Assembly: GCA_951406725.2 (NCBI GenBank)
Contig: OX597826.1
Coordinates: 47,554,001-47,618,000 of the forward strand
Direction of reading: 5' to 3'
From: Octopus vulgaris
Taxonomy: Eukaryota
DNA length: 64,000 nt
Each line of letters begins with the position of its first letter. The first letter of the stretch is position 1. The notes under the pieces are model-generated. The model was not told the DNA's origin. It made no database searches and saw only the letters and a program-made list of their open reading frames with translations. Shown one piece after another: positions 26,763-42,899 of this stretch. The position numbers and the translations under genes were made by a program.

Positions 26763-27167
26763 CAGCAAAACCATCATCACCACTAACAACACCACCAACG
26801 CCACCAGCAAGACAATAACCGCCAGCATCACCACTACCAACGACAGCAACAACACAATCAAGACAGTTGCCAAGACAACCACCACTAAGAGTAGAGCCAC
26901 CAACACCACCACCATCACTAACTACACCACTACAGCCATTGCCAAGACTAGCCTCTACCACCAGCACTAAGAACACCACCACCACCTCCATCAGCAACAA
27001 CACCTTCAAGACGGGTACCAGCTACAATATCACTATCACCACCATCGAGTTCAAAATTAACATCATTACCATTATGTCCATCACAACCACCACGCCACCA
27101 CCGCCACCACCTTGACTAGTACCGCCAGCATACCCTCACGACCAAAAACTAACAACAACAACATCAA

Positions 27168-27355
27168 GTGGAGGCGCAATGGCCCAATGGTTAGGGCAAC
27201 GGACTCGCGGTCGTAAGAACGCGGTTTCGATTCCCAGACCGAGCAATGTGAGTGTTTATTGAGCAAAAGTACCTAAGCTCCACGAGGCTCCGGCGGAGGT
27301 GGGGGTGAACCCCGCTATACTATTTCCCCCACAACTTTCTCTCACTCTTTTCTCA
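27168..27355 (+). mobile_element. SINE family C, 5' half
   Basis: GTGGAGGCGCAATGGCCCAATGGTTAGGGC...GGTTTCGATTCCCAGACC matches the copy at 34266. Confidence 0.85.
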
Positions 27356-27784
27356 TACTTCTGCCACAAAGCACAGGAACCATGGTGTAACTCACTATGG
27401 TGTGGTAAACTTTCAGACCCTGGTCTAGATTGCTAATCCTCTGTTCCCCAGGATGGTTCAGCTCTCCACCTGTTAAAAGCCAACGTTTACGGAATGAGGA
27501 TAACAACGTAGCTTTCGCGCCCGTGCAACCGCCAGTCTATCGCGCGTGGTGGGTGGATCTTCAAGTTGCCGCACGCATTCTTATTAGCTTAGAGTAGGCT
27601 CGAATAGAGATTATTCTTTGTGGCTAATGGCATGAGTCCTGATTAGAAGAAAAACAACAACCACCAATCCAATAGTCACCACCACTACCACTATCAGTAC
27701 CAGCATACCGTTACCCTCACCAGCACTACAACGTAAATCTACTGCAACACCCCCCACACCACATGCCAAAAGCTTTTAACATCC

Positions 27785-28190
27785 AACTGTGTTTGGTAAG
27801 TTAACTTTCCAACCACATAGTTCAGGGTTCAGTCCCTCTGCGTGGCATCTTGGGTACTATGGCCTCGGGCCGACCAAAGCCTCGTGAGTGGATTCGGTAG
27901 TAGGAAACTGAAAGAAGCCAGTCGTGTGTGTGTGTGTGTGTGTGTGTGTTTGTGTATTTGTGTGCGTATGAATGTGTGTGTCTTTGTGTCTATGTTCGTA
28001 CCCACCACTGCTTGACAACCGGTGTTGGTGAGCTTACGTCCTCGTAGCCTAGCGGTTCAGCAAAAGAGGCCGATAAATTAGGTACCTGGCTTTTAAAAAA
28101 TTAATAAGTACAAGGGTAGGTTCCTTCGAGTAAAAATATTTAAAGACGGTGCTCCAGCATGGCCGAAGCCTAATGGCTGAAACAAGTTCA
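27785..28190 (+). mobile_element. SINE family B
   Basis: GGGTTCAGTCCC B box; GGCCGACCAAAGCC and GGTGCTCCAGCATGGCCG blocks. Confidence 0.85.
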
Positions 28191-28717
28191 GTGATAAAAG
28201 ATATGGCCTCACTCTGAACCTTCACCACCACAATATTCACGCCACCACCACCACTGTAACCACCACCACCACCACCCATTATTATCACCCATTACCATCC
28301 ACCCCTCCTGAGTTTCACTACCACCAGACAAAAATCAACCACTACCACCCCCACCCCCACCACCTCGCTAAGACAACCATTGTCATCACCAGCGACGCCA
28401 CCAGCAACAAAATGAAAAGACCGATCGCAACCACCATTCCATTCCAACACCACCACTGCTAAAACTGCCACTAACACACATTACTATCAACCCCCCCCCC
28501 CCCCCGGCTCCACCATCACCAAGACAGAATCACCACCACCATTACCATTACCATAAGAAAGTAGACCACCACCACCACCACCACCACCACAAAATACCCC
28601 GCCACCCCAACACCACTATTCTCACCACCCCGACCATACACCACATGCTACAAACACCCATTATTATCTACCTCTTCCCATCTCCACCATCACAACCACT
28701 TCCACATTACCCACCAC

Positions 28718-28887
<170 letters not shown>

Positions 28888-29372
28888 GAGGCACTGTTTG
28901 CAACCTAGTTACAGGTGGTTACGTGGACACAGTAGTAATGGTGTACGGAGGTACCGATTGTTATTATAAATACCATCAAGTGTCAATAATTCAGTTGTTA
29001 ACTTAAAAGATCATGGTAAACAATTGAGCGAGAGAAAATGGTGGCCAAAATGGCTCATATTGACGTCTGTATCTGTATGTGGTTGCGTGCGTGCGTGTGT
29101 GTGTGTGTGTGCGTGTGTGTGTTAATATTTGTATAAATGTATGTACGCCTCCTATGTGTAATCATCTGTGTGTTTAATGTATTTCTGTATATGAGTGTAC
29201 GTCAATGAGCGTCCATATATATATATATATATATTCTTTTATTTCTTTCAGTCACTAGACAACAGCCATACTAGAATACCGCCTTAAATGATTTTAGTCG
29301 ACCGAATTGTGTCCGGTTGTCAGGTGCTGAAAAACAAACGCAGACACAATGACACACAATGACACACAATCG

Positions 29373-29412
<40 letters not shown>

Positions 29413-29584
29413 TAGAGAGAGGGATAATGGTTATGGACAATATGTTCAATTTCGGCATATTTGGCATTAGAAATTTTTTCGTTTGCCCTTATTTATAAGC
29501 TGTTTATAATTTTAACCTTTAAAGGTATTTTTTAATATGCTGGCCATTGATAAAAAATTTTTTCGAAACAATTTTATCCTACAT

Positions 29585-29734
<150 letters not shown>

Positions 29735-29824
29735 TACATATACATACATATTTAGATATATATTTACATAGACATCCATCCATACATACGTACATGCATA
29801 CATGTATATTCTTTTATTTATCAT

Positions 29825-30165
29825 TTATCACTTTCAGCCATTAGACCGTAGACATGGTGGGGCACGGCCTTCAAGAATTTTAGTCGAAGGAATCGATCTC
29901 AATACTGTTTGTAAGCCTCGTACTTATATTCTATAGATATCTTTTGTCGAACCACTAAGTTACAGGGACATAAACACACCAGCGGCGGTTGTAAAGCGAT
30001 GGTGGAGAACAGATGACACAATGACGCACACAATATATTTATACACGCGTACACACATTTTTATGTATATATATTCGACGGGCTTGCCGAAGGTGCCACG
30101 CAGTGGGACTCAACCCGGAACCATGTATTTGATAAGCAAACGCCTTACCATACAGCCACACCTAT
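29825..30165 (-). mobile_element. SINE family B, diverged (another fragment at 29236-29350)
   Basis: GAACCACTAAGTTACAGGGACATAAACACACC and GTGCCACGCAGTGGGACT blocks. Confidence 0.75.
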
Positions 30166-30377
30166 AGTCATTAATCCTGTTGTAACACAGAATCTTTTCA
30201 TCGTTGTCCCGCAACAATGCATCAAATTTCATCCTGTAGATCCATAATAAACTTTTCCTCCTATTTTTCTTTTTCGTTTCTTTTTTCTTTTTCGAAGAAA
30301 AATGGATATCTGAACTGTATATGAGTCAGTACTGAACCAAAATGGTGGTTTTATTTTCCTACAAGAATTGCACATTT

Positions 30378-30918
30378 TGGACCTTGAAAGTTTGCATGAA
30401 TCCTGGCTCAGTTATATCTCTTATGGCTCCAAATGATGTTATCTGTAGCGCGGCATTGTACTGTCTATTTTGTTGTGGAAGTGCTTGGAATCTTGCTCAG
30501 TTGATGACAACAGTTTCTTCAATGGTTCTGGAGGTTGGGGGACTGCAGCGAGTTTAACCTTTCTACCACTGCAGCACAGTGCAGGTTTCTCTCCATACTA
30601 CTTCTTTGTTTTACAATGTATGCACTCAGTTGTCATTGCACCAATGGAAACTCTAGTGTCATCTGCATAATGAACTGCTGCATCATAATTGAAAGCTGCT
30701 TCATAAAAGTTGTTTCTCTGAGCTGTTGCAACTGCTCTTCGTTGTGCAGTGGAGATCCTATTCCTTGTCAGCCATGAATGCCTCTGTTCATCACTTTGAA
30801 ATGCTGTGACTTTTGTAATACACAGTCTGTTCGTTTCTTCGTATGCTTCCTTTTCTGCAGCTGTCTCTCTTTTCCTGGACAGAGACATTCTTTTGGCTGA
30901 CCTTGATATTGTAGACAA
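30378..30918 (-). pseudogene. Helitron RepHel N-terminal fragment
   Basis: Read through a stop and a frameshift: IGAM..ECIHCK.KK*YGEKP.LCC.G.KV.L...P.PPEPL..L......S.HF....RQYNAAL..TSFGA.......F..TFKVQ, the Cys-rich N-terminal signature of Helitron proteins. Confidence 0.85.
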
Positions 30919-31107
30919 ATTGGCATAATTACAGATTTCTGCCCACCACCCACCCGACTTTTAGGTGAGCATAACTTTCAGAAAAATGGATATTTTTTAT
31001 GAAATTTTCTACGAATATGTTATATTATGTAGATTCCGAATATATAAAAAACATTTGGGGTGGGGAGGGCGGAATTTCGGAAAATTCACCGGAGTCCACT
31101 TCAATCG

Positions 31108-31317
31108 GTCTTAACTTTCAAGAAAATGGATATTTTTAAATGAAATTCTCTACAAATATTCCTCGGACTATATAAATTCCGAGGACGTAGAAAATTTGGA
31201 GAAAACCAATTGGGGGTTATTTTTGAGAACTGTTCCCCACTCAGGTGTGTTTCGGAACAAGTCATCCATATTTGTTTAATTTACTCCGTCGTGCGCGTTT
31301 GTGCATCCGTAGATTTC

Positions 31318-31369
<52 letters not shown>

Positions 31370-31813
31370 GTGTGTGTAATTAAAAATGTTCAAACAGTGA
31401 CTTACTCCATTCAATATTATGTTTATTATAGATATTATATAACAAATTACACTTTACACTTCTATATTTAAGTGTGCGTGTATATTCCTTATCTTTTCTT
31501 CTGGTGTTTTCTGCCAAACTATTAGAAACTTTTACCTGGGAATTTACTTAAAGTGAAAAAAAGAGGGCTTCATTTGCCTTTATTGTCTGTTTGTTGCTTC
31601 AGTAGAAATCTACGGATGCACAGACGCACACAATGGAGAAAATGTAACAAATATGGACGACTTGTTCCGAAACACTCCCGAGTGGGGAACAGTTCGCAAA
31701 AATAACCCCCAATTGGTTTTCTCTAAACTTCCTATGTCTTCAAATCTACATAGTCCGAGGTAAATTTGTAGAGAATTTCATTAAAAAGTATCCATTTTCT
31801 TGAAAGTTAAGAC
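31108..31813. mobile_element. Inverted pair (31108-31319 / 31603-31813) of Helitron-associated non-coding repeat
   Basis: About 210-bp diverged arms; the sub-repeat TAACTTTCA.AAAATGGATATTTTT..TGAAATT also occurs at about 30973, adjoining the Helitron ORF. Confidence 0.75.
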
Positions 31814-32287
31814 GAATTGCTGGCAATTTTATGCAAGTCAGCTAGGTGTATTCTTTGATTTCTTCTCCAACATTATCCTTCAGCAAATAATAGATCAACG
31901 TGTTCTTAAACTTAAATCCTCACGAGCGTTATCAACACTTCAGACATAAGCTCTACTAATACCGTAAAAAGACGGCATGAAAACACTCACAGAAACAGTA
32001 TATTGTTATACAGTGAAAATTATTCAAAAGCAAGACGCAATATATGTTATTTTCAAAGTTAAATAATTCATTTACTCTATGCACTGTTACATAATTATAA
32101 TTGGTGTTGTCAATATATTTTGCTATTCAGTTGCAGGCTTCGGTATTGTGATTTCCACAGATTGATCTTTTAGTGTGAAGACGACTGTTCTTAAATAAAT
32201 ATTGATGAATAGCAATTGTAGTCATAATGACTACAAGCCTGAACCATTTACACACTCATATATATATATATATATATACAAATATAC

Positions 32288-32328
<41 letters not shown>

Positions 32329-32517
32329 AAAATTTAATAAGGGTAGAAATTGATATTAATCAATTAAAACCAGTGGCCCAGTATATAAAAAAATCCAAAG
32401 ATTAAAATATTTTTACATACAAAATTTAAAGGACTGACCACTAAAAGTGGACGCTCAACATGCTAGATATAGACGTCAAATATATATATATATACATACA
32501 GGCAGATAAGTAAGTTC

Positions 32518-32582
<65 letters not shown>

Positions 32583-32708
32583 CATGTGTGGGCACAGTGT
32601 ACAACAAAAAAGTACGAAACACGAGTACTTGGAACAGAAATATTCTTTCGAACAACGAAAGAAACAAATGGAAAACTGAACGCCACGCATCGTCTTCCAA
32701 GTTATATA

Positions 32709-32802
<94 letters not shown>

Positions 32803-32816
32803 TATATATATATATA

Positions 32817-33470
32817 CATGAGGTCTGATCAATAAGTATCCTCACTGTTGCGATAGTAACGAAGCTACAACACCAGAGTGAAGCCCTTCACAATGATTGA
32901 CCTTGAACTCTACTGTGTATGCCCACTAAGTTTTAACGTTCTAGCTCACTTCCCCTGTTTACAGCAGTGCTTGGGCGGAAGGTTTGTAGCGTGTTCCGTC
33001 GCATTGACCATGGCAGTGAAAGTTGTCATGGTGATACCTGCTCAGAGGCCTACGCAAAGTTGCAGAAAGTGCATGGACAGGAGTGTATGAGCCGCACACA
33101 AGTGTACGAGTGGTTCAGACATTTCCAAGATGGCTGAAAAAATGTCGATATTGACGAATGTTCTGGGAGACCCGCATCCAGCAGAACTGAGTAAAACATC
33201 GCAGATATGCATGCAGTTGTGACTGTGAGGGGAAATAGTCAAATCACCATCCGTGAGTTATCAGAGGATGTGCAGATTAGTTAAGGGTCAGTGCAGCCCA
33301 TTATCACCGAAGATTTGGGTGTGAGACGCGTGCTGCCAAGTTGGTACCAAAACTGCCTTCAGCTGACCAAAAGACACTCGGGTTTCAGTTTCATAAGATC
33401 TCCTTGATTGTGTTGAGAATGATGAAAACTTCTTGAAAACTTTGCGTAGGCCTCTGAGTAGGTATCACCA
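32817..33470 (+). mobile_element. mariner fragment of a second family: left TIR and N-terminal transposase
   Basis: ta-CATGAGGTCTGATCAATAAGTATCC terminus. Translation includes LQKVHGQECMSRTQVYEWFRHFQDG, SGRP, ITIRELSE, IITEDLG and LVPKL. Confidence 0.85.
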
Positions 33471-33722
33471 AACATTTGGCAAAAGTTGATGCTTCGCTGT
33501 GGGGCGGTCATCTCCATAGTCAGTATATGAAAATGTACATTTTGCGGTACTAAGGTTTTTTTTTAACTCTAATTTCTAACAATATAGATGCAACCTAGTA
33601 CCCTTAGTGACAATTAGGGACAACTGAATTTTTCCTTTTTGGTTTTATATTGTGCATAGAAGCTTTCCTTATTATGTGTGAGTGTGTATGAGTGTGTGTG
33701 TGTACGCGCGTGAATATGTATT

Positions 33723-33809
<87 letters not shown>

Positions 33810-33855
33810 GTTTGTATGTATGAATGTATTCAATTGTTGAATGAATAGGAACACC

Positions 33856-33935
33856 GTGGCATATGGAGTAGTAGTTAAGAGCGCGGGCTACTAACCTCAA
33901 GATTCCGAGTTCGATTCCAAGCAGTGACCTGAATG

Positions 33936-33986
<51 letters not shown>

Positions 33987-34180
33987 GTAATAATAATAAT
34001 AATAATAATATCGAAAAATATCTTAGGAATGAGAACCCAGGTTCGAAAATTCCCCAAGACACCTGATGAAGGCTTTAGGGTATATCAGCCGAAAAGTTGT
34101 GTTAACAACAAACAAGATGAGGACAAATATCCGTCAAATGTAAATTATGTGCATAATTCCTCATCTCTTAAATATAGAAC
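33856..34180 (+). mobile_element. SINE family D: tRNA-like head, (AAT)n linker, hammerhead-containing tail
   Basis: A box TGGAGTAGTAGTTAAG, B box GAGTTCGATTCC. TSD AATAG(G/A)AACACC at 33844-33855 and 34181-34192. Confidence 0.88.
34058..34103 (+). ncRNA. Minimal type I hammerhead motif inside SINE D
   Basis: GACAC-CTGATGA-A-GGCT-(12 nt)-AGCC-GAAA-AG-TT-GTGTT. Stems I and II pair; stem III is probably mutated from a palindromic AACGTT. Confidence 0.72.
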
Positions 34181-34218
34181 AATAGAAACACCATTCAAGA
34201 GATATATAAAAATAAAGG

Positions 34219-34829
34219 AAGGCGAGCTGGCAGAAACGTTAGCACACCGGGCGGTATTTCGTCTGTGGAGGCGCAATGGCCCAGTGGTTAGGGCAGCGGA
34301 CTCGCGGTCATAAGATCGCGGTTTCGATTCCCAGACCGGCCGTTGGGAGTGTTTATTGAGCGAAAACACCTAAAGCTCCACGAGGCTCCGGTAGGGGATG
34401 GTGGTGATCCCTGCTGTACTCTTTCACCACAACTTTCTCTCGCTCTTACTTCCTGTTTCTGTTGTACCTGTATTTCAAGGGGCCAGCCTTGTCACTCTCT
34501 GTGTCACGCTGAATATCCCCGAGAACTACGTTCAGGGTACACGTGTCTGTGGAGTGCTCAGCCACTTACACGTTAATTTCACGAGCAGGCTGTTCCGTTG
34601 ATTCGGATCAACCGGAACCCTCATCGTCGTTACCGACGGAGTGCTTCCAATTTCGTCTGCCGTTACCTTCTGAGTTCAAATTCCGCCGAGGTCGACTTTG
34701 CCTTTCATCCTTTCGGGGTCGATACATTAAGTACCAGTTACGTACTGGGGTCGATGTAATCGACTTAATTCGTTTGTCTGTCCTTGTTTGTCCCCTCTAT
34801 GTTTAGCCCATTGTGGGTAATAAAGAAAC
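34219..34829 (+). mobile_element. SINE family A interrupted by a family C insertion
   Basis: Head GGCGAGCTGGCAGAAACGTTAGC at 34221; the element resumes at 34650 with B box, core and tail. Confidence 0.9.
34266..34649 (+). mobile_element. SINE family C, full length, nested
   Basis: tRNA-like head; perfect 10-bp TSD ATTTCGTCTG at 34256-34265 and 34650-34659. Confidence 0.92.
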
Positions 34830-35823
34830 GTATAAAAATAAATTGGTTATAGTTCATATTTATTGAAAATAGATAGTTCATATTTATTGAAAATAAATCA
34901 AGTAGAAAGAACACCATACCAATAAAGCTAACTGACGTACCTTCATGTAGTATCTCAGGTTATTCTAGGTAGAATATATAGTGAAAGTGAAAATACATAT
35001 CATGGCCTTCAGTGACATTTTTACATGTAGCAACACAGGACATTCTGTAAGGAAACTTAGAACAGAGTGCGAGACCATCTCACGGATCAGAGCGACAATT
35101 TTTATCACTGGGCTTGTCTTTTAAGGCAGTGCGGTTGGTTTAAGCTGGAAAATGTCACGGTGATGGCTAAAATCTTAGCAGGTGTATGACTGCAATCTAA
35201 TTTCTGTTTTAAATGACATTATGAGAAATATTTTCTATACTACTGGAAATGTTCACACGTGATAGTAAAGCAGAAGTATATTCATATGTCTTTTTATATT
35301 TCTTGCAATATATTCCTATAGTGTAGAAATTTAAACCAAAAATCGCAATCATCAAAGATGGGGGTTATAGAACAGGCCAATACGGAGAACTGCAATGATA
35401 ATCCATCTCAGATAAAACAGACATCCTTTTACATACCTTATTTTATCAAATATTGAACTGAAAGACAAGAATAGACGAGAAAGAGGGAAGAATTTGTTAA
35501 TAAACAATAAATCAAAACGAAAAATCAACTTCGACTTCAAAGTAGACAGGAGAAATTGACTTCATTTATGAGTGGAAGAACAGCTTTTCCTGTTATACAC
35601 TTAATTGACTTCAGCATTCAGTGAACCATTCTATGGGATAATGGTACACAATTCTTTCGCACATAGCATCCATGGTGTGTACTACAAAGAGGAATGGTTC
35701 GTTGTGGATGCATTGCTTCTTGAAGCAAGTCTTTCTCTTCATCTTCTGATTTTCTGATTTCTTATAGAGTTATTATTGTTATTGTTATTTTTAATCGGCT
35801 CAGATTCGGTGTTATTATTATTA

Positions 35824-35903
<80 letters not shown>

Positions 35904-35949
35904 TTCAAGGGAAGTGTATGTAATTCTATCTTGAAATAGCATATGAGTT

Positions 35950-39790
<3,841 letters not shown>

Positions 39791-40073
39791 TGAGTTTTAA
39801 TGTATTATGTTATTTTAGTAAAAAAAAAATTTCTGACAATTTTAGCATTATTTTTTTTTTTGTTTGTTCGTTTGTTTTACTTTCATTTTTGTTCCGTTGT
39901 CCGTTGTGTTTATGTTTTTTTTATTTGTTTTATCATCATCATCATCATCGTCATCATCATCATCATCATCATCGTCGTCATCATCATCGTCGTCATCATC
40001 ATCACCATCATCATTGTCATCATCATCATCATGGCCATTTTCATCATCATCATCATCATTACTATTATTATTA

Positions 40074-40163
<90 letters not shown>

Positions 40164-41139
40164 CATTATTATTATTATTACTTATTAATTTGTTTTTTGC
40201 TTGTTTTTCTCTTTTTTTGTTTTTGTTTTTGTCTTTTAGTTTTCCATTACTGGTTCGAAATGAAAGATTACAACATTGCAAATGTATTCACTTCAAAGAC
40301 AAAGTTGTATCTTTTATGTCATTTCCTCCAGCTATAATTCTAATTGATTGATTGGTTCAACAAAATTTTGCTTATGTTTATTAATCTGTGTTAAGTACAT
40401 CCCTGAATACAGCGGAATTTCATTTGCCATTATCATTAATTGTAAGCATTCACTCCATTGATTCATTTTCCAATAGAATTCTTCCTCTTAATTTGTTAGT
40501 GTGTCTCCAGAATTTATCTCTTCATAAATCTCTTTCTTTCTTTCTCTCTTTCTCTCTTTATTTCTCTCTTTCTTTCTTTCGTTCTTTCTTTCTTTCTTTC
40601 TCTCATTGCAAGACCAAACGTAGCATCGTCAATCACAGAAAAATTACTCCTCCTTTGACTTCCATTATTGAGCTTTAAATTAACCAACACCGTGCTGCTG
40701 CTGCTGCTGCTGCTGCTACCGCAGATGCTGATGCTGATAATACGGCTGAAGCTACTGCTACTAATGATGATGATGATGATGATGATGACAATGATGATGC
40801 TAGTGGTGCTGGCAATGCTTATAGTGTAAGTGGTAGCGGTGGCGGTGATAGGAAAAGTAATAAAGAACATTTACTGATGTCTAGCATTCAAATTAACTAC
40901 GAAATAATGTGCCAATGAACGAACGAGCTTCCACAGATTCATTGCTAAGTATTACAGCTGAATCTCTTTCAACATATCACCAGCCATCTTTAAAATATTC
41001 TGTCGGGAGAGTCGTGAAGTCACTAGGTGGTCTCCCAAACTGCTAAAATGACAGTTAAAACCTTCGAATCACACAACTACTGCTATACAAACGGGAAGCC
41101 GTATCTGTGTGGTTGAGAAGTTTGCTTTCCAAGCACATA

Positions 41140-41372
41140 TATTTCTTTACTACCCACAAGGGGCTAAACATAGAGAGGACAAACAAGGACAGTCAAAGGG
41201 ATTAAGTCGATTACATCGACCCCAGTGCGTAAACTGGTACTTAATTTATCGACCCCGAAAGGATGAAAGGCAAAGTCGACCTCGGCGGAATTTGAACCCA
41301 GAACACGTGACAGCAGACGAAATACGGCTACGCATTTCGCCCGACGTGCTAACGATTCTGCCAGCTCGCCGC
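41140..41372 (-). mobile_element. SINE family A monomer inserted into a family B head
   Basis: 15-bp TSD CTTTCCAAGCACATA at 41125-41139 and 41373-41387; host family B head at 41098-41515 on +. Confidence 0.92.
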
Positions 41373-41554
41373 CTTTCCAAGCACATAGTTTAAGGTTCAG
41401 TCCTACAGAGAAGCATATTGAGTAAGTGATTTCTACTTTCTATTACAGCCACAACCAATCAAAAGCTTGTAAGTGGATTTGGAAGACGGAAACTGAAACA
41501 AGCCTAACACATACATATATGTACACACACACATACATACACAATCTCTTTTAC

Positions 41555-41975
41555 ATTTCTACTTGTTTTAGTCATTTGACAGCAGCCGTGCTGGAACACC
41601 GCCTTTAGTCGAACAAATCAACCTTAGGACTCAGTCTTTGTAAGCTTAGGCCTCTTTTGCCAGTCTCTTTTGCTGATCTATTTTATCTATATCTTTTGCC
41701 GAACTGCTAGGTTGCGGGGACGTAAACACACCAGCATCGGTTGTCAAGCGGTGGGGAGACAAGACACAGACACACACACACACACACACACATACACATA
41801 TATATATACGACAGGCTTCTTTCAGTTTCCCCCTCTTCCAAATCCACTGACAAGGCTTTGGTCGGCCCGAGGCTATAGTTCAAGACACTTGCTCATGGTG
41901 CCACTCAGTGGGACTGAACTCGGAACCATCTGGTTGGTAAGCAAGATTCTCACCACACAGCCACTCCTGCGCCTA
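41555..41975 (-). mobile_element. SINE family B, full length
   Basis: Tail ACTTGTTTTAGTCATTTGAC through head CACAGCCACTCCTGCGCC. Confidence 0.9.
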
Positions 41976-42040
<65 letters not shown>

Positions 42041-42164
42041 TTACATACATATATACGTTTATGAATTTGTGTCGCAAGATTCCTGATGTGAAACCGTGTG
42101 ATGAAGCAAATATTGTTGTATTGTTGTTGACCTTCTCGAAATACATACATACATGCATACATAT

Positions 42165-42231
<67 letters not shown>

Positions 42232-42405
42232 GTATGTATCTAAGTCAGAATATATGGGTTCAACAAATCTGGTGGCACTCATAGAAAAAGCTCACTAATG
42301 TGGCATTCCAAAAAATAATATAGAATAAGTATATATATATATATATATATATAGTACGCTTCATGAGAAAACCATAAGGAGTGTATTCCTATCGTCATTT
42401 ATAAT

Positions 42406-42475
<70 letters not shown>

Positions 42476-42478
<3 letters not shown>

Positions 42479-42893
42479 TTTTCTACTCTAGGCTCAAAGC
42501 CCGAAATTTTGGGGAAGGTGGCAAGTCGATTAGATCGACGCCAGTACGCAACTGGTACTTAATTTATCGCTCCCGACAACTGTGCGCAATTACATTTACA
42601 CACAGTAATACACACATCTACATGAATGTAAACACAACTACATACACCTATAAGCACATATATACACACACTCACGGCTACATAACCACACGCATACACA
42701 TGCACACTCACCTATATATATATTTTTCTCTATTGCCCACAAGGGACTAAACATAGAGAGGACAAACATGGACAGACAAAAGGATCAAGTGGTTTACATC
42801 GACCCCAGTGCGTAACTGGTACTTAATTCATCGCTCCCGAAAGGATGAAAGGCAAAGCCGACCTTGGCGGAATTTGAACTCAGAACGTAAACT
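42476..42893 (-). mobile_element. Two SINE family A fragments (42476-42578, 42720-42893)
   Basis: Both tail types and the core are present. Confidence 0.8.
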
Positions 42894-42899
42894 CAGCTG

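Noticed and set aside
33858-33930. Functional tRNA gene (also the heads at 34266, 58513 and about 49900)
   Set aside because: Acceptor stems are imperfect, there is no Pol III terminator, and each continues into a SINE body.
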